From the NCBI GenBank assembly GCA_964522265.1, contig CAZFVS010000004.1, positions 1-28,701 on the forward strand: 28,701 nucleotides of DNA, written 5' to 3'. The position numbers and the translations under genes were made by a program. The notes beneath the pieces are model-generated. The model saw only the letters and a list, made by a program, of their open reading frames with translations, was not told where the DNA came from and did no database searches. The stretch's first letter is position 1, and each line of letters starts with the position of its first letter. Of this stretch, positions 25,683 through 28,701 are shown in pieces. The stretch comes from an uncultured Gammaproteobacteria bacterium. Lineage in GTDB: Bacteria > Patescibacteriota > Microgenomatia > Daviesbacterales > UBA10151.

Positions 25683-26480
25683 TCAAACTATATTAAATTT
25701 ACCCGTCAACTCTGCCACTTTTTGGTAATCAAGTTTGACTGATTCCAAATCCGCCCCTTCCCTGTACCTCTGTTTATCAAGCATTCTAGTTTTATCACCT
25801 CCGGGCCATAACCTCCAGGAGTCATTATCAATAACATCACAAACCATAATCCTACCCTCATGATCCTGCCCAAACTCCAGTTTTAAATCAACCAGGGTAA
25901 TTCCCAGATCTACCCAGGCTTTCTCCAAAATTCCAAATACCTCTTTTGTGTAATATTTCATATGATAAATTTTAAAAAGCAGTTTATCCTGCCAAAAAGG
26001 ATTCATCTTTGCTATCAGGTTACTTCGTGTTTTTGGTAAGTGTGCATCATACATTAACCAAACTCCTTTATTAATATCATACTCAACCAGCGGGTCATGG
26101 TTTTTATCATCCTTGTAAAAAAACTCAAGCCTTAAATTTCTAAAAACTGTCCCCTCTTTTGTTTTGGGGTATCTTTGCAGATACGAGCCGGTTGCAACTT
26201 TCCTGGCAACTGATTCAATGGGAATCATCTGTGCTTTTTTTGCTAAAAATGTATTCTCTGAAACAGGTGCAATAAAATGGGTCGGTATGCCTTCCTCATT
26301 CAATAATCTAAAACAGTTGGCTGTAGTTTCTGTTGAAATTGCCCCTTTTCCTGTCATAACATCTCTTTTCAACCCATCCCCTGCCGTGATGTTGTCTTTA
26401 CTTTCAATAAAAACCAGGGCAGGGTCACCTGCCTGCCAGATTATTTTTGTCTTGCCCTCAGCCAGTTTTTCCCTATTCAT
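25683..26480 (-). CDS. purC: SAICAR synthetase, PAICS-N-terminal-like type, 265 aa
   Basis: Motifs present: EGKTKIIW, SKDNITAGDG, MIPIESVARKVATGSYLQR, EFFYKDDKNHDP, LVDLKLEFG and DVIDNDSWRLWPGGD. The start overlaps the purE stop by 8 nt. Confidence 0.92.
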   Translation of the reverse strand: MNREKLAEGKTKIIWQAGDPALVFIESKDNITAGDGLKRDVMTGKGAISTETTANCFRLLNEEGIPTHFIAPVSENTFLAKKAQMIPIESVARKVATGSYLQRYPKTKEGTVFRNLRLEFFYKDDKNHDPLVEYDINKGVWLMYDAHLPKTRSNLIAKMNPFWQDKLLFKIYHMKYYTKEVFGILEKAWVDLGITLVDLKLEFGQDHEGRIMVCDVIDNDSWRLWPGGDKTRMLDKQRYREGADLESVKLDYQKVAELTGKFNIV

Positions 26481-26979
26481 TTCGTTTTTTTAATTTCTGA
26501 TCAAGGTTTATTTTTTTCTTCACCAAACCCTCATGCAGCTCCTCTATTTTTCTTGCTAATTGAGGATTTCCCAGCGCAAAAATTTTAGCAACACTGATTG
26601 CTACTGCCTGCGGATGGATAACTAAACTCACGCCTATACCGGAGGGTGTATCAATGGATGACAGGTATTTTGCCAAACCAAAATCCTTGCTGTAGGGCGG
26701 TGCTGCTATCACAGGGAATTTACTTTGCCCGTCTATAAAAGCACTCAAAGCATCTGACCTGCCGGCTACTGCAACATAAACAATAGACTTATACCCATTC
26801 TCAACATCCCTTATTATATTCAAAACATGCCAGGGAGAAGTATGGGCTGACCCTCCTCTAAATTGGTACTCAATTCCAAGTTCTTGAAGACTATCAGCAA
26901 TTTTTCCTGCGTGATCCAAATCATCTTCTGAACCTAGTATTAAAACTGCAAGTTCTTTATTTACCAGTTCAGTGCTCAT
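26473..26979 (-). CDS. purE: AIR carboxylase, class II PurE-like, about 168 aa
   Basis: Motifs present: LILGSEDDLDH, GGSAHTSP, VAVAGRSDALS and FPVIAAPP. I prefer the ATG at 26979, which forms an ATGA overlap with the purB stop. The ORF track extends to 27021, inside purB. Confidence 0.82.
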   Translation of the reverse strand: MSTELVNKELAVLILGSEDDLDHAGKIADSLQELGIEYQFRGGSAHTSPWHVLNIIRDVENGYKSIVYVAVAGRSDALSAFIDGQSKFPVIAAPPYSKDFGLAKYLSSIDTPSGIGVSLVIHPQAVAISVAKIFALGNPQLARKIEELHEGLVKKKINLDQKLKKRNE

Positions 26980-28397
26980 TTTAGGGCCGGTAAAAGTTCT
27001 TCTTTTAGAAAAAAATCGCACCTTTGGGAAACATTGCCTACATGATGAAAAACAGCATCAAATGCCCGGTTAATTTTATCTTCATCTAAAACTTTTTTAA
27101 TTGTTGCATCATTTATGACCATCTCTTTCAGATTCACCTGTAAGCCAGATCTTTTAGCTTCAACCGCTCTTTCGGATATACTGACTAATCTTTCATGGGC
27201 CTCTACCCTATCCATTCCACTGTTTACTAAATCCCCCAAAATTATCTCTGTCGCACAAAAAGGTGCAAACTTATTAAAATTTACAGCAACTGACCCCTCA
27301 TGCACCTGTAAACCTTTGATAACTTTCGCGGAGTTTGTTAAAGCATCGTCTATTGTCATAAAAGCTTCCGGGAGGTAGCTTCTTTTGCCGGCTGAATCTT
27401 CCAAACCTCTTTCAAATGTCACAAAGGCTGAGGTGATCCAAGGTGAAATAAGTTTTCCCGGCATCTCTCTGGTAAGTGAGCAGATATTTTCTGAAATCTT
27501 GGGGTTTTGTTTGTGAGGCATAGCTGATGAACCGGTTGTGCCTTTTTTTCTGGGTTCGGAAACTTCATCAATCCATGGGGCTTGCAGGTGTTTGATCATA
27601 GCATGGGATCTGTGCAGTGAGGCTCCTATGCTTGCCAAACCAACCATTGTCAGGAATAAATATTTCCTGGGATATGTTTGGGAAGAGATCGTAACATAAG
27701 GAAGTCCTAAATTTTCCATAACTTTTTGCTCCAACTCCAAGGCACTCATCCGGGTATCCCTCAAAGCATTTTCAATTGAGCCGGCGGTCCCCACTGCCCC
27801 TTTAATCCCCTTTCCTTTAACTTCAGACCTAATGTAATCATTAAATTTAAGATCAATCAACAGATCCTGAGCCCACTGGGCAAACCTGTAACCCATTGTT
27901 GTAGGCTCGGCAATTTGTTCATGAGTATATCCCATACAGACTAAGTTTTTGTATTTTTCTATCTTATCTGCATAAGCTTCCAGCAAACTAATCAGTTTAG
28001 GCCTTAAACCACGATCATAAGAATCATGGATTAAAGCTATCTCAACATTCGATAGGATATCCTCAGAAGTTAAACCATGATGTAAAATTTCTCCCCCTAC
28101 GGGTGCTTTTTCGGAAAACTCTTTAATAGCTGCCATTACATCATGGGCTGTACCTGTTTTAGGGTCTTTCTCCAGTTCATAAATCCTCTCAACAGAAATT
28201 TCATAAACATGTTTTTGCAGATCTTTAAACTGGTCTTTGGTAACAACCCCTGCCTCCATCTGGACTCTGGCAACCTCATACCAAATACTCCTTGCGTATC
28301 TCCAAAAATTTGCCTGAGACCACCTATATCGCATATCATAACCTGAATATCTGTAACTGAATGGGGACTGGTAGCTGTCAAAATCAATTTCCTTCAT
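26976..28397 (-). CDS. purB: Adenylosuccinate lyase, 473 aa
   Basis: It carries the fumarate-lyase signature GSSAMPHKQNP, plus HGLTSEDI, GYTHEQIAEPTT and FERGLEDS. Confidence 0.93.
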   Translation of the reverse strand: MKEIDFDSYQSPFSYRYSGYDMRYRWSQANFWRYARSIWYEVARVQMEAGVVTKDQFKDLQKHVYEISVERIYELEKDPKTGTAHDVMAAIKEFSEKAPVGGEILHHGLTSEDILSNVEIALIHDSYDRGLRPKLISLLEAYADKIEKYKNLVCMGYTHEQIAEPTTMGYRFAQWAQDLLIDLKFNDYIRSEVKGKGIKGAVGTAGSIENALRDTRMSALELEQKVMENLGLPYVTISSQTYPRKYLFLTMVGLASIGASLHRSHAMIKHLQAPWIDEVSEPRKKGTTGSSAMPHKQNPKISENICSLTREMPGKLISPWITSAFVTFERGLEDSAGKRSYLPEAFMTIDDALTNSAKVIKGLQVHEGSVAVNFNKFAPFCATEIILGDLVNSGMDRVEAHERLVSISERAVEAKRSGLQVNLKEMVINDATIKKVLDEDKINRAFDAVFHHVGNVSQRCDFFLKEELLPALK

Positions 28398-28701
28398 CTT
28401 TTCCCTACCATCACTAAAACAGGCGTTGGTTTTATGGAATGGGCGCCCACTGCATTATACAAACTGACGTTTCCTGAAACAACAGGGACATTAAACTTGA
28501 AACATCTGTCTGCTAAAACTGTAATTGTTTGTGAAAATGCACCCATACTGTCTTTGGGGTGGCCAAAGTTTAGACAGTTGGTAAGACCTAAGGGTTCTGC
28601 CTTAAGTTTTTCCATCCATGAGTAACATTTATCAAAGGCGTATCCTACTCCCCGGGCGGGATTTTCGTTGGACAACCCCTCATCAGAGCTCCAGGAAACA
28701 A
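28394..28701 (-). CDS. purL: FGAM synthase II (PurL), 3-prime fragment. The gene runs off the window edge.
   Basis: Motifs present: LTNCLNFGHP, VPVVSGNVSLYN and IKPTPVLVMVG. The frame stays open through 28701 (VSWSSDEGLSNENP...). The stop forms an ATGA overlap with the purB start. Confidence 0.8.
   Translation of the reverse strand, partial: VSWSSDEGLSNENPARGVGYAFDKCYSWMEKLKAEPLGLTNCLNFGHPKDSMGAFSQTITVLADRCFKFNVPVVSGNVSLYNAVGAHSIKPTPVLVMVGKR

Noticed and set aside
26980-27021. An upstream extension of purE (MRFFSKRRTFTGPK...) overlapping purB by 46 nt
   Set aside because: The internal ATG at 26979 forms the same ATGA stop/start overlap seen at the other operon junctions. The PurE homology only begins after it.

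Overview
The window is gene-dense (about 90% coding, roughly 40% GC by eye, standard code with TGA as stop). I found no rRNA, tRNA, CRISPR array or transposase. By inference only, the gene content and protein styles look like a reduced Patescibacteria/CPR genome, possibly Microgenomates-like.

Gene order:
- 63-4040 (-): type IV pilus motor block pilB, pilT, pilC. pilT is broken by a 1-nt frameshift inside its Walker A motif.
- 4121-17040 (mostly +): short DNA pol III delta-prime-like gene, gyrB, a 94-aa hypothetical, an alpha/beta hydrolase, murF with a transmembrane N-terminus, ddl (-), murC, murD, gyrA and small membrane proteins.
- 17037-22880 (-): the accessory region. A tightly coupled operon encodes one dockerin-bearing multidomain secreted protein (745 aa) and two membrane-anchored cohesin-domain proteins. 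A Xer-like gene lacking the catalytic Tyr and second His follows directly. An intact Xer-like recombinase gene precedes the operon.
- 22881-23526: a 646-bp gap with no credible coding sequence.
- 23527-28701 (-): polytopic membrane protein, ruvC, a GC-richer zinc-ribbon protein, a PUR-alpha-like protein, and a purL(partial)-purB-purE-purC operon.

Main candidate for a new system: the self-contained cohesin/dockerin surface module bracketed by tyrosine recombinases.

Secondary points:
- purE and purC look like split homologues of the two halves of animal PAICS, with purE of class II type.
- purL appears to lack its C-terminal domain.
- Consensus -10 boxes repeatedly sit 7-10 nt upstream of start codons, which suggests leaderless mRNAs.
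- A pair of near-identical hairpin/palindrome elements lies in the ddl-murC divergent promoter region.

All homology statements come from motif recognition by eye. No searches were run.
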